A stretch of 64,000 nt of DNA from Sphyrna mokarran (lineage: Eukaryota). A model generated the notes under the pieces. That model was not told the DNA's origin. It ran no database searches and saw nothing but the letters and a program-made list of their open reading frames with translations. The stretch lies in the NCBI GenBank assembly GCA_024679065.1, contig JAGIQG010000040.1:5146001-5210000 (forward strand), read 5' to 3'. A program made the position numbers and the translations under genes. Positions 22,502-35,481 of this stretch are shown piece after piece (the first letter of the stretch is position 1; each line of letters opens with the position of its first letter).

Positions 22502-23309
22502 TTCCAGTGATTGGATTCTGTTTATTGTTTTTGCTCTTAATTACATCCAGGACTGGATTTTGTTCATTCTCACAATTGGACAATGAGGAAGGTTGGAGGA
22601 TTTCTTTCTGCTGGACTGGCTGGTCTCATGACATTGCATCCAGTGGGTTAATGTTCTTTGAGATTTGTCACAAATACCTGCTTTCAAATTTTACACGGAT
22701 CATCAGTGACAGGATGTTAGGAAGTTCAGAGAGAATTAGTAAGATTTGTGTTTGGAATCCCCAAATGCCCATCCAATTTCCTTTGAAATTATTTATTGTC
22801 TCCACTTCCTCCATCTTCTTAGGCAGAGAGTTCCAGGTCATCACCATTCACTGCATCAAATTATTCTTCCTCACATGCGCCCTCCCCCCTCCACCCCAGC
22901 ATCTCTGACTCAAAATCTTAAATCTGTGTCCCCTGCATCTTTGTCCCATCAACGAATGGGAACACCTTTTCTTTGTCCACCATATCTAAACCTGTCAGAA
23001 TCTTGTCAGGAATGTGTAGCTGGAAATCCCTCCCTAATAACACTGGAGGTGGACTTATACATCAGGCATTGGAGCAGTTCAGGAAGGCAGTGTTGGGGTT
23101 GACCATGGCCGAGGCAGCTACACACAGCCACAGGACTGCAGATCGAGTGTGAGGCATTGTGTGACTGGACTATCTTGACCACATTCCTGTGACTTCTCAG
23201 TTTCTGCAATTATAGACCATTAAAGCTGCTTAGCAGAGCCCCAGTAGAGAACCTGGTGAGAATATTTACTCAGAATGAGTTAGAATTAAACTTACTCCAT
23301 AAGTTTGAG

Positions 23310-23615
23310 CAGCGTGGTAGCACAGTGGTTAGCAGTGTTGCCTCACAGTGCTAGGGCCCTGGGTTTGATTCCTGGCTTGTGTTACTCTCTGTGTGGAGTC
23401 TGCACATTTGCCCCGTGTCCCCGTTTCCTCCGGGTGCTCAGGTTTCCTCCCAAAGTCTAAAGATGCGCAGGTTAGGCTGATTGATCACGTTAAATTGCCC
23501 CTTAGTATCAGGGGGACTAGCTAGGGTAAATGCATGGGAAATAGGGCCTGGGAGTGATTGTGGTCAGTGCAGACTTAATGGGCCAAATGCCCTCCCTCTG
23601 CACTCTAAGATTCAA
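23310..23615 (+). mobile_element. HE1-like tRNA-derived SINE
   Basis: GCACAGTGGTTAGCA...GGGTTTGATTCC head, central core and LINE-like tail. Confidence 0.85.
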
Positions 23616-23929
23616 TGAAGCTATGAATAACCAGCTGGTGTTCAGCGGTTGAGATATCCAAAACTGTAAAAAAGGGGGCTTGACCAATCAACAAACGATG
23701 GGAGGTAGTCGATTAAGAAGCTGATGTTGGGGAGAGGCTGTAGGAAGGGATTTATCTGTTTACCCAACCTATTGACGTACCTGAGAGTTCACATGTAATT
23801 ACTGAGATTGGATTCTCCTGTTAATAACACCCAGGACTGAACTGTATTTTTGGGTCTGTTTCTGATGATAATGAATTCCATTTCAGGTAGAGATTAATAT
23901 TCTGGATAAAGGACAAATAAATCAGCTTT

Positions 23930-24430
23930 GTGTTAAACATAGTGTGACAAGTCCTTTTACTGTCACCAACATAAGTTTGTTCCTTTTGAAATTCTCTCCC
24001 TCCGCCGTTTCCTCCAATAAGTGAGAGGAGCTCATGGAGCTTCTTTGTCACTAAGATTGAGACAATCTGATCAGCTGCCTCTGCTGATTCATTCCCTTCA
24101 CTGGCCCATTGGGCCAAACTGTCTCTAAAATCTCCTTCTTCCCTGAGCCTTGAACTTTCTTTAGTTTTTCTCCTATCTCCTCTCATCCCCTGTTGAGCTC
24201 ACCTTGTCCACAAGACTCACCCTCTGCTCCCTTCACTCTATTCTCACTAAGTTGCTCATCATCACTTTTCCCATATGAGCCGATTGTTGTAATTGTTCCC
24301 TTGCCTTGGGTCCTGTGACTATCTGCAAAACTGCTCACCCCCTCCTCAAAGAACCAGCTCTTGATGCCACCATCCGTGCAAACTACTTCTGATTCCCAAC
24401 TCCCCATTCCTCTCTAAAATCATTGAATGT
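23930..24430 (+). mobile_element. Decayed L2-like LINE ORF2 fragment
   Basis: Translatable remnants FFVTKIETI.SAASA and FSPISS. Confidence 0.5.
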
Positions 24431-24549
24431 CTTGGAAAATGGAGAATGCGGGGAAACACAGGAAAAATTTCAAAGTAAATTTTCTCCAAGTTTATAAAAT
24501 GGAAAAGAGTAGCTGAAGTGAGCATTGATTCCTTAGCAGCTAAGACAAA

Positions 24550-24825
24550 GCTGGTTAACACTGGTTAACACTGCTGCCTTACACTACCAGGAACCAGGGT
24601 TCAATTCCCGGTTTTAGTCATTGTCTGTATGGAGTTTGCACATCCCCCCAGTGTCTGCGTGGGTTTCTTCCGGGTGTTCCAGTTTCCTCCCACAGTCGAA
24701 AGACATGTTGATTAGGTGCATTGACCTAAGCTGGTGCCATAGAGTGGCAACTAGGGGAATTTCACAGTAACTTCATGACTGTGTTAATGTTAGCCTTACT
24801 TGTAACTAATAAACTTTAAACTTTA
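24550..24825 (+). mobile_element. HE1-like SINE
   Basis: GGGTTCAATTCCCGG B box, core, AATAAACTTTAAACTTT tail. Confidence 0.8.
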
Positions 24826-24907
24826 AGACTGAGCAATAAATGTTGGAATGGCCCAGAGTCTGAACAAATATTTGTTCCTGTTTCATTAAAAAAACACAAA
24901 ATACTAT

Positions 24908-25385
24908 TGTGTTGGAAGCAGTTCAGAGAAGGTTCACTGGGCTGATTCCTGGGATGAAGGGGTTATTTTATGTGGAAAGATTGGGTCTGATCTCAGAGTT
25001 TATAAGAATGAGAGACGATCTTATTCTGAGAGGGTTTGACAGGGTGGATGCTGAGAGAATGTTTCCCTTCTGGAAATCTCAAACTGGAAGCGCAGTTTAA
25101 TAATAATTGGGGAGGAGGGGAAGAATTAAATGGGAGGAGAGGAGGAATTTCTTCTCACTCACTTTTGAAATTGTCTCTCCTTGGAGAGCAGTGGAAGCTG
25201 GGTCATTAAATATATTCAAAGCTGAACTCCACACAGCTTTGATCAAAAGGGAGGTGAAGGCAACGGGAGCAAGGCAGGAATGTGGAGTTCAGGCTGCAAT
25301 CAGCCATAATCTGACCAGCCACAATCTCATTGATTGGCAGAGCAATCTCGGTGGGTGAAATGGCTGATTCCTGCTGCTATTTCTT
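24908..25385 (+). mobile_element. CR1-like LINE 3' fragment
   Basis: LEAVQRRFTGLIPGMKGL.Y.ERL motif. Confidence 0.85.
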
Positions 25386-25959
25386 AAACATTCCTGAAAA
25401 GGAAGGAGCAGCAGGTTGTATCCAATAATTTCCCGTTTTAAAGATGTGCCGTCGTAAATAAAATACAAGATGTGGAATATCCATGAGAATTCAATCCTGA
25501 CAATTACTTACAGAAAGGATTGAATCAGATATCTCATCTTCTGAGACACCAGTGAGCTCACATATCAGTGGAGTCAATTCTACAGTGTTCACTTGTGATG
25601 CTACTGTGCATTTAAGGAATGTATTTTAATCCTACTTCTGTGGTTTTTGTGTTGTTGCCATGATGTCTGATGGAAGCACAATTGACCTTTTTATTTGTAA
25701 TTTGGACCTAGTGAAATGCCCTGGAGTTTTCCGAGTTTACATCCCTTTTGAATTGTTGTGGGAAGATTGATTAACAGATGAAGGTCAGGTGGTTCCTTCA
25801 CAGAGGAATCCAAGGATTCACTTTCAGTTTTAGTGAGAAGCGATTGGATTCCAGACTGGGAAGCAGTACTTCTGTGTCTCTCCCTGATATTAGAAATTCT
25901 GCTGACTAGGTGAAACCATCACATAATAATTACCAATCATTTTTCAGCCCCGGAAATTT

Positions 25960-26400
25960 AAACCCTCTGTTTCACCTTCATAATACGCAATAGTGCAAAG
26001 CCGCTGAGCAGAGACTGATAGCCAAGTTCCGCACACATGAGGACGGTCTTACCAGGGTTCTTGGGTTCGTGTCACACTATCTGTAACCCTCATAACTTGC
26101 CTGGGTTAGCAAAAATCCTCACTTACTGTGCTGTCTGGAGACAATACACATCTCTTTAACCTGTGCTCAGTGCTCCGTCCACACACATTGTCGACCACTT
26201 TAAGACTTGAATAGCAGGTTAGGTGTAAAGATTCACATTCTAATCAGTAATCTGCAAACACTGTGTGCTGTTATATGTGCTGCTTGAGACCAGAACACCA
26301 CATTCACCTGACGAAGAGCAGAGCCTCGAAAGCTTGTGTGAGTTTACTATCAAATAAATCAGTTGGACTTAAACTTGGTGTTGTCAGAATTCTTACTGTG
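25960..26400 (+). mobile_element. Penelope-like element 3' end (end of GIY-YIG ORF plus terminal repeat)
   Basis: AEQRLIAKFRTHEDGL...LGFVSHY remnant, followed by a terminal region with a hammerhead core and AATAAA. Confidence 0.7.
26305..26338 (+). ncRNA. Minimal hammerhead ribozyme motif (Penelope type)
   Basis: CAC-CTGACGA-A-GAG(CAGAGC)CTC-GAAA-GC-TT-GTG: stem I CAC/GTG, intact core, palindromic AAGCTT stem III. Confidence 0.65.
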
Positions 26401-26599
26401 TTACATAGAGCAGACAGGTCAGTTATATCTTCCCCAAGTTTACATTTCCTACCTTTTATTAATTATGAACCAGTTAGTTTCAATACAAATGGATCACAAT
26501 TAATACCTGTTATATACTTGAGCCAATTGCATTTACCCTTTGACCTCATGGGGTTTCACTGGTCTGTAAAATCCAGACCCTTTCTCCCTTTGTTAGAAT

Positions 26600-26895
26600 T
26601 GTAGAATCCCTACAGTGCAGAATAAGGACATTTGGCCCACTGAGTCTGAACTGACCACAATTCCACCCAGACCCTATTCCTGTAACACCACGTACTTACC
26701 CTAGCTCGGCCCCCTGATAATAATGGCCAATTTAGCTTGGCCAACCCACCTAACCCGCACGTCCTTGGACTGGGGGGAAACTGGACCACCCAGAGATGGG
26801 AGAATGTGCAAAATCCCACAGGCAGTGACCCGAGGCTGAAATTAAACCCGGGTCCCGGGCCCTGTGTGGCAGCAGTGTTAACCACTGTGCCACCC
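26600..26895 (-). mobile_element. HE1-like SINE
   Basis: Reverse complement GGTGGCACAGTGGTTAACACTGCTGCC head, core and tail. Confidence 0.85.
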
Positions 26896-28029
26896 CCTCT
26901 GTTGCTCAGCAACTGCTGACCTTGGCCACAAAGTCCACATTAATGTTCCCACCAATCCTTGTATACGTCAATAGCCAGACCAGACAGAGTACATTCACGT
27001 GTCTGAAAAGGCCAACCTTTTCTGGACAATATGAACAATTCAAATCATAAGGGACTCTGAGAAGGCCTGCTCAATCTGTACAATATGTATTACTCTATCA
27101 GGAAGTGGCCAAGAAGACATTACTGCTAGTAACTGTTATTGTTAAGAACTTATACATTCTGTGGTTTCATTGTCCTAAAGATTGTGGTTTATCTCAATAT
27201 GCCTCTTGTCCCATTAGGCTTTGAGGCAACCTGCCTTTGGCTAAAGTGTACAGATTTTTTTAACATACAGCTAAAATACATTTTTAAAGATCCAAAGTGC
27301 ATGTTTAAGTCAGAAATACTTGACCAAATCTTATATTTAGTTAAATATCTTAGTGTGTTTATCTATGTCTTGTATAGACTGTCCCCCTGTTGTAAACCTA
27401 TTCGTAGGTCATTTCACTTTTTAGAATTTTATTAGTAACTTAAATCCCTGGTTACTTGAAATATCTATAACCTATTAGGAATTTCCCCAATATAACCAAA
27501 TGTATTAATTAAAGATTACTGTGATAATTAGCTACCAGTCAGTAATAGATGACTGAATAAGTGGTGAGTCTTAATTGAATTATAGTTGAAAGATCAATAA
27601 TGAGTTAGTTCACAGAATCACAGATTACTACAGTGCAGAAGAGGTCCTTTGGCCCATTGAGTCTGCATGAAATGTCCTGACCAGCCCACCTAATCCCACT
27701 TGTCAGAACTTGGCCCATAGCCTTGAATGTTATGACTTGCCAAGTACTCATCCAGGTTCTTTATAAAGAATGTGAGGCATACTGAAAGACTGATTTTTAT
27801 TTGCTGTAAGATGCAAAAGTTTAATTGCTGTATGTATGAAGAATGTGCAGCAATAATAAATGTACTGACGAGAGAGACCTTCAAACTCTGGTTAGCCTCA
27901 ACATTTGAAACTGTGTAAATAAAGGATTGTACAGAATCAGTTGAAAGGATAGTATGAAACAATTCTATTCCTGATAATAACAGAAAGTGGAGCAACTAAT
28001 TGAAGATCCAATTAAAGTAATCTGGTGAT

Positions 28030-28330
28030 AAAATTGCTTTGTTTCTTTACTGTAACCATTACCTCTCCCTTTGTCTTTTGTTCCAGGATATTTTTGACAT
28101 TTAATCTCACCTGCCCTCAAACCAATCCCTGATTTTCCCTTTTGTTCTATCTGAGCCTCCCCACTTTCTCACCAGCATCAAACCCAGCACACTTCCCTGT
28201 CTCTTTAGTTCTGAAGCAGAGTTACATTGGACATGAAACATTAACTCTATTTCCCTCTCCACAGTTGTTGCCAGACCTGCTGTGCTTTCCCAGTTCTTTC
28301 GGTATTTATTTTAGATTTATCTGCAGTAGT
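28030..28330 (+). mobile_element. Penelope-like terminal fragment with decayed hammerhead (28208-28248)
   Basis: AGTT-CTGAAGC...GAAACATT-AACT followed by CCAGACCTGCTG...TTTCCCAG. Confidence 0.55.
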
Positions 28331-28570
28331 GAAAAGCACTATTTTCTAACCAGGATAAAGTAATCGTCTTTCACCAGCTTTTGTGGATCATTTCAGTGGA
28401 AATGTGCCCTCCCAGGTTCAAAGAGCATCAGCCCACTGGAAGCAAAGTTCTGCCAGTCCAGCAGAAAGAAACCCTCCAATCCTTCCCACTTCACCAACTG
28501 TCTGAATGAACATGATTCTGTCCTGGATGTAACTAACAGCAACAATAACAGCACAATCCAACCCCTGTCA

Positions 28571-29665
28571 TCACTTGTGAACTTGCTCGTGTTTCAGCAG
28601 GCTGGATAACTGAGTGAATCCCTTTCCATACACAGAGCAGGTGAATAACCTCTCCCCAGTGTGAACTCTCTGGTGTCTCTGCAGTGCAGATGACCATTTA
28701 AACCTCTTTGTGCAGTGAGAGCAACTGAATGGTCTCTCCTCAGTGTGAACACGTTGGTGGGACATCAGATCTTGAGAGCTTTTGAAGTTACTCTTACAGT
28801 CAGAACATTCAAAGGGTCTCTCATTGCTATGAGTGACTTTATGATTCAATAGGTGGGATAACTGAGTGAATCCCTTCCCACACACAGAGCAGCTGAATGG
28901 TCTCTCCCCAGTGTGAATTCGCTCGTGGTCCTTCAGGTCTGAAGCACGTTTGAATCCGTTCCCACAATCAGGACATTTGAAGGGTCTGTCCTGGGTGTGA
29001 GTGATTTTGTGTCTGAGCAGGTTCGATGACAGAGTGAATCCTTTCCCACACACAGAGCAGGTAAATGGCCTCTCCCCAGTGTGAATTTGCTGGTGTGCCC
29101 ATAGGCTGGATAACTGTGTGAATCCCTTCCCACATACGGTGCAGGTAAATGGTCTCTCCCCGGTGTGAACTCGCTGGTGTGTCTGCAGATGTGATGACCT
29201 TCTAAACCTCTTGGTGCAATGAGAGCAGCTGAATGGTCTCTCCTCAGTGTGAATGCGCTGGTGGAACACCAGTTCACCAGAGGTTTTGAAGCTGCTCCCA
29301 CAGTCAGAGCATTTAAAGCGTCTCTCATTAGTGTGCGTAGTTTTGTGATTCAGTAGGTGGGATGACTGAATGAAACCCTTCCCACACAGGGTGCAGGTGA
29401 ATGGCTTTTCTCCAGTGTGAACTCGCTGGTGTGCCCGCAGACTGGATGATTGAGTGAATCCCTTCCCACACTGAGAGCAGGTGAATGGCCTCTCTCCAGT
29501 GTGAACTCGCTGGTGTCTTTGCAGAGTGGATAACCAAGTGAATCCCTCTCCACACTGAGAGCAGATGAACGGCCTCTCTCCAGTGTGACTGCGTCGATGA
29601 ATTTCCAGCCGAGATGGAACTTTATATTTCTTCCCACAGTCCGCACATTTCCATGGTTTCTCCAT
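28571..29665 (-). CDS. Tandem C2H2 zinc-finger protein, 364 aa, 13 fingers (last has C-to-Y)
   Basis: MEKPWKC start, 28-aa repeats with HTGERPF linkers; single coding exon with acceptor at ~30004; no KRAB/SCAN seen. Confidence 0.92.
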   Translation of the reverse strand: MEKPWKCADCGKKYKVPSRLEIHRRSHTGERPFICSQCGEGFTWLSTLQRHQRVHTGERPFTCSQCGKGFTQSSSLRAHQRVHTGEKPFTCTLCGKGFIQSSHLLNHKTTHTNERRFKCSDCGSSFKTSGELVFHQRIHTEERPFSCSHCTKRFRRSSHLQTHQRVHTGERPFTCTVCGKGFTQLSSLWAHQQIHTGERPFTCSVCGKGFTLSSNLLRHKITHTQDRPFKCPDCGNGFKRASDLKDHERIHTGERPFSCSVCGKGFTQLSHLLNHKVTHSNERPFECSDCKSNFKSSQDLMSHQRVHTEERPFSCSHCTKRFKWSSALQRHQRVHTGERLFTCSVYGKGFTQLSSLLKHEQVHK

Positions 29666-30949
29666 GTTGCAGGTGTCCTTACCTCTCTCTTAGGTGGACA
29701 ATCAGTGGAAGCCTCATCCACACACACAGAACACAAGTACAGTCTCCCCGCAGTGTATGGTGTGATTTTTATTCAGGCTGTGTAACTGTTAAAGCTCTTC
29801 AGTCTGTGCACTGGAACACTCTCACTTGAATGTGCAATGTGTTGGAGCTTTTCCACTGATGTTTGAAATCTTTTCAAATCAACAGACCAGACAATTCTTC
29901 TTCTCGATTCAAAGGCCAATGATACTCACATCCCAAGGAATATGACTCTGTCAGATCTAGGCATGACATTTGAGATTCCAGCCTGTGATTCCTTTTTCAA
30001 TATCCTGTGAAAGAAATTTATGTAAGTCATCATTGTCAGTACAGGATAAAAATTCAGAACAGACAACTCTAGTTCCTATGGAATGTTCTTTCCTTTCATT
30101 GTGCAAAAGCTGTAAATCTCCATCTCACACACTCTCCCTCCATTCTCATTCTGCTGTATCTAATATTCACCCTCCCAATTCTCCTGAAGATGCTGATTGA
30201 CAGATCTATGCTCATTGCCTCCTTCCTGAACACAGTGAGCATAGAAATAGGAGCTGCAGTTGGCCATTCAGCTATCGAACTGCCTCACTCATTCATTAAG
30301 AATTGGCTGATCTACCTCAGTATTATTTCCCATACAGTCCCCCACGTCTTCAATATCTCAAAACTTATCCATCTCCAGCTTGAAAATTCTTGATGGCTGA
30401 GATTCCACAGTCCTCTGGGGTGCAGAATTCCAAAATGTCACCACATCCTTGAGTGAGGAAATTCCTCCTCACCTTAACTTTATCTGCATTTTCTGACCTG
30501 TTCCCTATAACGTTGGACTCCTTTATCAATCAAAAATCAGTGTAACTGACCCTGGAATATATTAAATGGCCCTCAGCCTCCACTGATTCCTGTGGGATAA
30601 ATCTAAAACTAACAAGTCCCTGTTTGAACAGGTGACTAGAAATATATAACACAGCTAATTACAATTATATGTTATACAATTATAATGAAATATATGTTAC
30701 ACAGCTAATTACAATTTTAAATATACTTTATCATATCTCTGTCCCAATATTAATTTACTGTCCCATCAAATGTCAGCTATCTCTTCGGGAAACTAGCCCT
30801 TTAATTGTGAACATTAGAAAAGGGACCTTCTAGACAGACAAATCAACGTGTCAAGCTGAGGGAGCAAAGGATGTCAATGTCTTTAAGAGAAAGAGACCTG
30901 GGCCAATCTTTCCAGAGTCTGCAGCCTCCCTTTATTCATTTCCTCTCCC

Positions 30950-31510
30950 ATCAGTTGCTGCGAGTCTCCAGTTTCTCCCAGAACGAGAAAAGCAATGGAA
31001 AGGGGGAGAAAAGAAAGTGTTTTACTCACAGATGTTGGGCAGGAGGAAGTTCTGAAGATCAATCTTCATTCACACATATCCCGCGCTCTGAGTGGCTGGA
31101 GGACCAGAGTCCTTCCGGACCTCCGAATCTTTCCATTGGTCAATTCCTCAGAAGGTCAAGGGTGGGCACGCCCCCGCACATGCGCAGCTTCCTTGTCCCT
31201 CGGACAAGCGCAGTCCCAGACCGGGGGGGGGAGGGGAAGATCACCAGGACTGATTCCTATTGGCTGATTCTCGCGTGGACGTTCCTAACGCTCAGTCTCC
31301 CATTGGAGCAAGAAGACTACATTGCGGATTGGCTGATTCAGGCAGGGCACCATTGTGATGTCACAATGGAGAAGTTGGCCAATGAGCTTCAGAGTGAAAC
31401 GTCCTCCTCTGTGCAACATCTGGGAGGAAATCAATGTTTCCCCCTTTCCATTTCTTTCCTCATTCTGGGGGAAATTGGGGACTTGTAGCAACTGAAGGGA
31501 AAGGAAGTGA
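30950..31510. promoter_or_regulatory. Bidirectional CpG promoter of zinc-finger module 1
   Basis: Several CCAAT/ATTGG boxes, NRF1-like GCACATGCGCAG, outward-facing related arms, minus-strand donor GTGAGT at 31024-31029. Confidence 0.65.
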
Positions 31511-32309
31511 ATCCAGGCTGTATATTCCACACATTTTTAGTTCAGTCATTTAGATATATATTTATTTGGCAGCCTGCGTGGAGATTTTCAGCTCTATGTC
31601 CAGGACATGAAGCAGTGAGCATGGATCTGTCAATTAGCCTCAATCAGCACCTTCAGGAGAATTGGGAGGGTGAATATTAGATACAGCAGCGTGAGAATGG
31701 AGGGAGAGTGTGTGGGATGGAAACCGAAAGAGAAGATGCTGGAAAATCTCAGCAGGTCTGGCAGCATCTGTAAGGAGAGAAAAGAGCTGATGTTTCGAGT
31801 CCAGGTGATCCTTTGTCAAAACAATGTGGGATGGTGATTAAACGCTTTTGGGAAATGTGAGAGGAAAAAATGTTCCATGAAAACTAGAATTATCTGTTCT
31901 GAATTTCTATCCTGGACTGACACAAGGACAAGGCCAAGGACAAATATATGAGCATGAGAGCAAGGTGGTGAATTCTAGTGGCAAGTGGAAGGTCAGGGTC
32001 ATGCTTGTGGACTGAGAGGAGGGTGTTCCACAAGGAGGGCATGGAACAGGCTACAGATAAATTAAAGAGAAATCATTTGTGTCCAGAACATTGTGAACAT
32101 CTTTTTACGCTGGTTGTCTTTGATCCTCAAGTCACTTTCTGTTTGTTTTAAACATGTTCTGTTTCATGAATAAACTTTTATTAGTAAAAATATGTGATTG
32201 TTCTGGAGTTTTCTTGATGAGATTGATGCACTTTAGAGAAAGTGGATGAGAGGGGTTGGCGGGCTCTTTAACAGAAAGTGAGTCCCTCTTTTAGTGTGAA
32301 GTGATAACT

Positions 32310-32960
32310 TTGGTAGGTCAAATAGGATGACAGAATATATTAATGGTAGGAATCTTGGAAGATCAGAGGAATCTTGGGGTCTGAGTTCATAGGACTCTCA
32401 AAGCAGCTGCGCAGGTTGAAGCTATGATTAAAAAGACGTATGGTGTACTGGCCTTCATCAATCGAGGAATTGAGTTTAGGAGTCGAGAGATAATGTTACA
32501 GCTATATAGGACCCTGGTCAGACCCCACTTGGAGTACTGTGCTCAGTTCTGGTCACCTCATTACAGGAAAGATGTGGAAGCCCTAGAAAGGGTGCAGAGG
32601 AGATTTACAAGAATGTTGTCTGGATTGGGTGGCATTCCTTATGAGGATAGGTTGAGAAAGCTCAGTCTTTTCTCCTTGGAGAGACGAAGCATGAGGGGTG
32701 ACCTGCTAGAAGTGTATAAGATGTGGAGAGGTGTTGATCGTGCGGAGTCTCAGAAGCTTGTTCCCAGGGCTGAAATGGTTGCCACAAGAGGACAAAGGTT
32801 TAAGGTGCTGGGGAGTAGGTACAAAGGAGATGTTGGGGTTAATTTTTCACGCAGAGGGTGGTTGGTGTGTGGAATCAGCTGCTGGCAGTGGTGGTGGAGG
32901 CAAATTTGACTGGGTCTTCTAAGATACTTTTTGGTAAGTACATGGAATTTAGTAAGATAT
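32310..32960 (+). mobile_element. CR1-like LINE ORF2 C-terminal fragment
   Basis: LYRTLVRPHLEYCAQFWSPHYRKDVEALERVQRRFTRM (ORF 32424-32909, frameshifted at the end). Confidence 0.92.
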
Positions 32961-33814
32961 ATGTAAGCCTAGTAATCTCTAAGGTAGGAACATGGATTTT
33001 TACAGTCTACACCTGGAGGGGCAGGAGAACTCTCTCTCTCTCTCTGACCTCTCATTCAATTTCAATCCGTTATTTCCCAGTTCTGTTCTGGCCCAGCGTA
33101 GGTAATATCTACTCAATCTTATCTTCTCCTGAAGGAGTGCCGTGAGTTCTAGATTCCTAGTCATAAGGGCAAATGCTCAAGCAATTGATCAAGCCCAGAT
33201 GTAAAAGATTTTCCAGCTCTCTCTTTACCTCTACACAACTTGTGGACAGTTCTTACTCAGTGTTACTTCTCCCAAACCCTTAATTGTTCCAGTCTACAAT
33301 ATTATCCATTTTACTTTAATTTTCCTCATTCTGTGTCGATGTGCAGTGGGTTGAATTGGATCCTGATCGTTTCGAACTCAGTTTCTGTCTGGAGTGTGCG
33401 GCAGGGCCTTGATGATGTCACAATGTTGTCTCAATCCCCTGGCCACATTAACCCTTTCATCTCCTGCTGTGTCTCAAGTCGCTGTGTGTGTTTGGGACCC
33501 GCTCTTCACTCCATCTCACCGTGAATTTAGGATTGCTATTTTTCACAAGTAACAAATCACATCTGCACACACACTCTGGTATCCCAAAATCATGTCACAC
33601 ATTCTTAACTCTCAGATGTGCTATTGAAAAGATCAAATATAGTGTCTGTCTTTCTCATCTCCCCGTTATGGAGCTAATATTTCATATATACTGGCCGGGC
33701 TTTCAAATGTGGATTTCTTTAAAACAAAGTTCATGGATGTAGGAGTGTTTCAGAGACCAAGTATTGTGCTTGCTTTCACTGATTTACAACTCAGCTGATG
33801 CAAAGAACAAAATG

Positions 33815-34125
33815 GTGGCACGGTGACACAGTGATTAGCATTGCTGTCTCACAGTACCAAGGATTCAGGTTCGATTCCTGGGTTGGGTTACTGTCTGTGT
33901 GAAATTTGCTCATCCTTCTCGTGTCTGCAAGTGTTTCCTCCAGGTGTTCTGCTTTCTTTCCACAGTCCAAAGATGTATGAGTTGGGTTGATTCATCATGC
34001 TAAATTTACCTTAGTTACTGGGGATTAGCCGGGTAAATATGTAGGGTACTGATATAGGGTGGGATTGTTGTCAGTGCAGGCTCAATGGGCCAAATGGCCT
34101 CCTTCTGTTCTGTCGGATTCTGTTC
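33815..34125 (+). mobile_element. HE1-like SINE
   Basis: GGTGGCACGGTGACACAGTG...GGTTCGATTCC head and core. Confidence 0.85.
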
Positions 34126-35481
34126 TTTGAATATAGTGGGCATCTTGATTATTTTCAGTCTGGGCTAATACAGTAACCTGGAGTTTTATGACCCTTTTTG
34201 GAACTGTTGAGTGGAGCCTGATTAAAAGCTCAATGCTGTCTTTGGACATTTTTTTAACAGGAGAAAGGTTTTAGTTTTCTTTTGTCACAAGCTCTTTGAA
34301 CTGCAGACTGAGAGTAGTGTTTCTCATCTTGCTCCATGGAGTGAAGATTCTGCTGCCTGTGAGTTGCCTGTTGGAAGATAGTGGCAAGCAGTCTCTCTCT
34401 CTCTCTCTTTCTCTCAAGGTCCTGACAGTTCCAGGACTGAGAAATCAAAGTTTGAATTCAATGTTTAAAGGACTAATTCACAACAGTTGTTAAAAAGCTG
34501 CAAAATCCAGCACTACATGAGCATACTTGCTTTCTGTGCAAAGCCTAAAATGAGATGTTTGTTTATAGGGATTATTTGATTTGGATGTAGCTGGTCAGGT
34601 TATTATGCTAATTTTTCTTATTATATTTTAACCGTATTCTTAAATTAACTTTGTTTAATAAAAACTTCCTTTGGATCACTTGAATCATACCTGGAGTGAA
34701 ATGTCTTACACTCACTCGAGTGCAAATCTTATGGCTAGGCTGACTCTGTAAAGCACCTTGGATTTCTGGCCTGGATCAGTATGCATTTCACCACACCCAA
34801 GGTGAGTTATTCAAATTCCTTTATTGTCCAGGACAATATGTTCACAATATTTTTAAAACAGAAATTAAACATTCCCATTTGATTTCGGGTATTAACACAT
34901 TCTGTCAGTTTGTTCTTTATTGTTAATGTCAGGCTGGGGTTGTTCCCTTGGAGCAAAGGTGGTTGAGGGGAGATTTGATAGAGGTGGAAAGATTCTGACA
35001 GGTTTAGATAAGGTGGACAAAGAAAAGCTGTTCCCATTAGCTGATGGGACAAGGATGAGGGGGGTACAGATTTAAGATTTTGGGTCAGAGATGTAGGGAA
35101 GGATGTGAGGAAGAATATTTTGAAGCAGCGAATGGTAATGACCTGGAACTCACTTTCTACGAGGATGGAGGAAGGGGAGACAATAAACAATTACAAAGAA
35201 AATTGGATGGGTGTTCGGGGAATTTCAAACAGAAATGCTGACTAAATATCTCTGAGCTTCCTAACACCCTGTCACTCTGTGATCCTTGTGAAATTTAAAA
35301 GTAGGTATTTGCAATGAGACTCAAAGAGCATCAGCCCACTGGAGACAAAATCATGAAACCGGCCAGTCCAGCAGAAAGAAACCCTCTCTCCTCCCCATTG
35401 ACCAACTGTGAGAATGAACAAATTGTTATCCTGGATGTAATTGAGAGCAGAAACAATAACAGCAGAATTTAATCCCCATAT

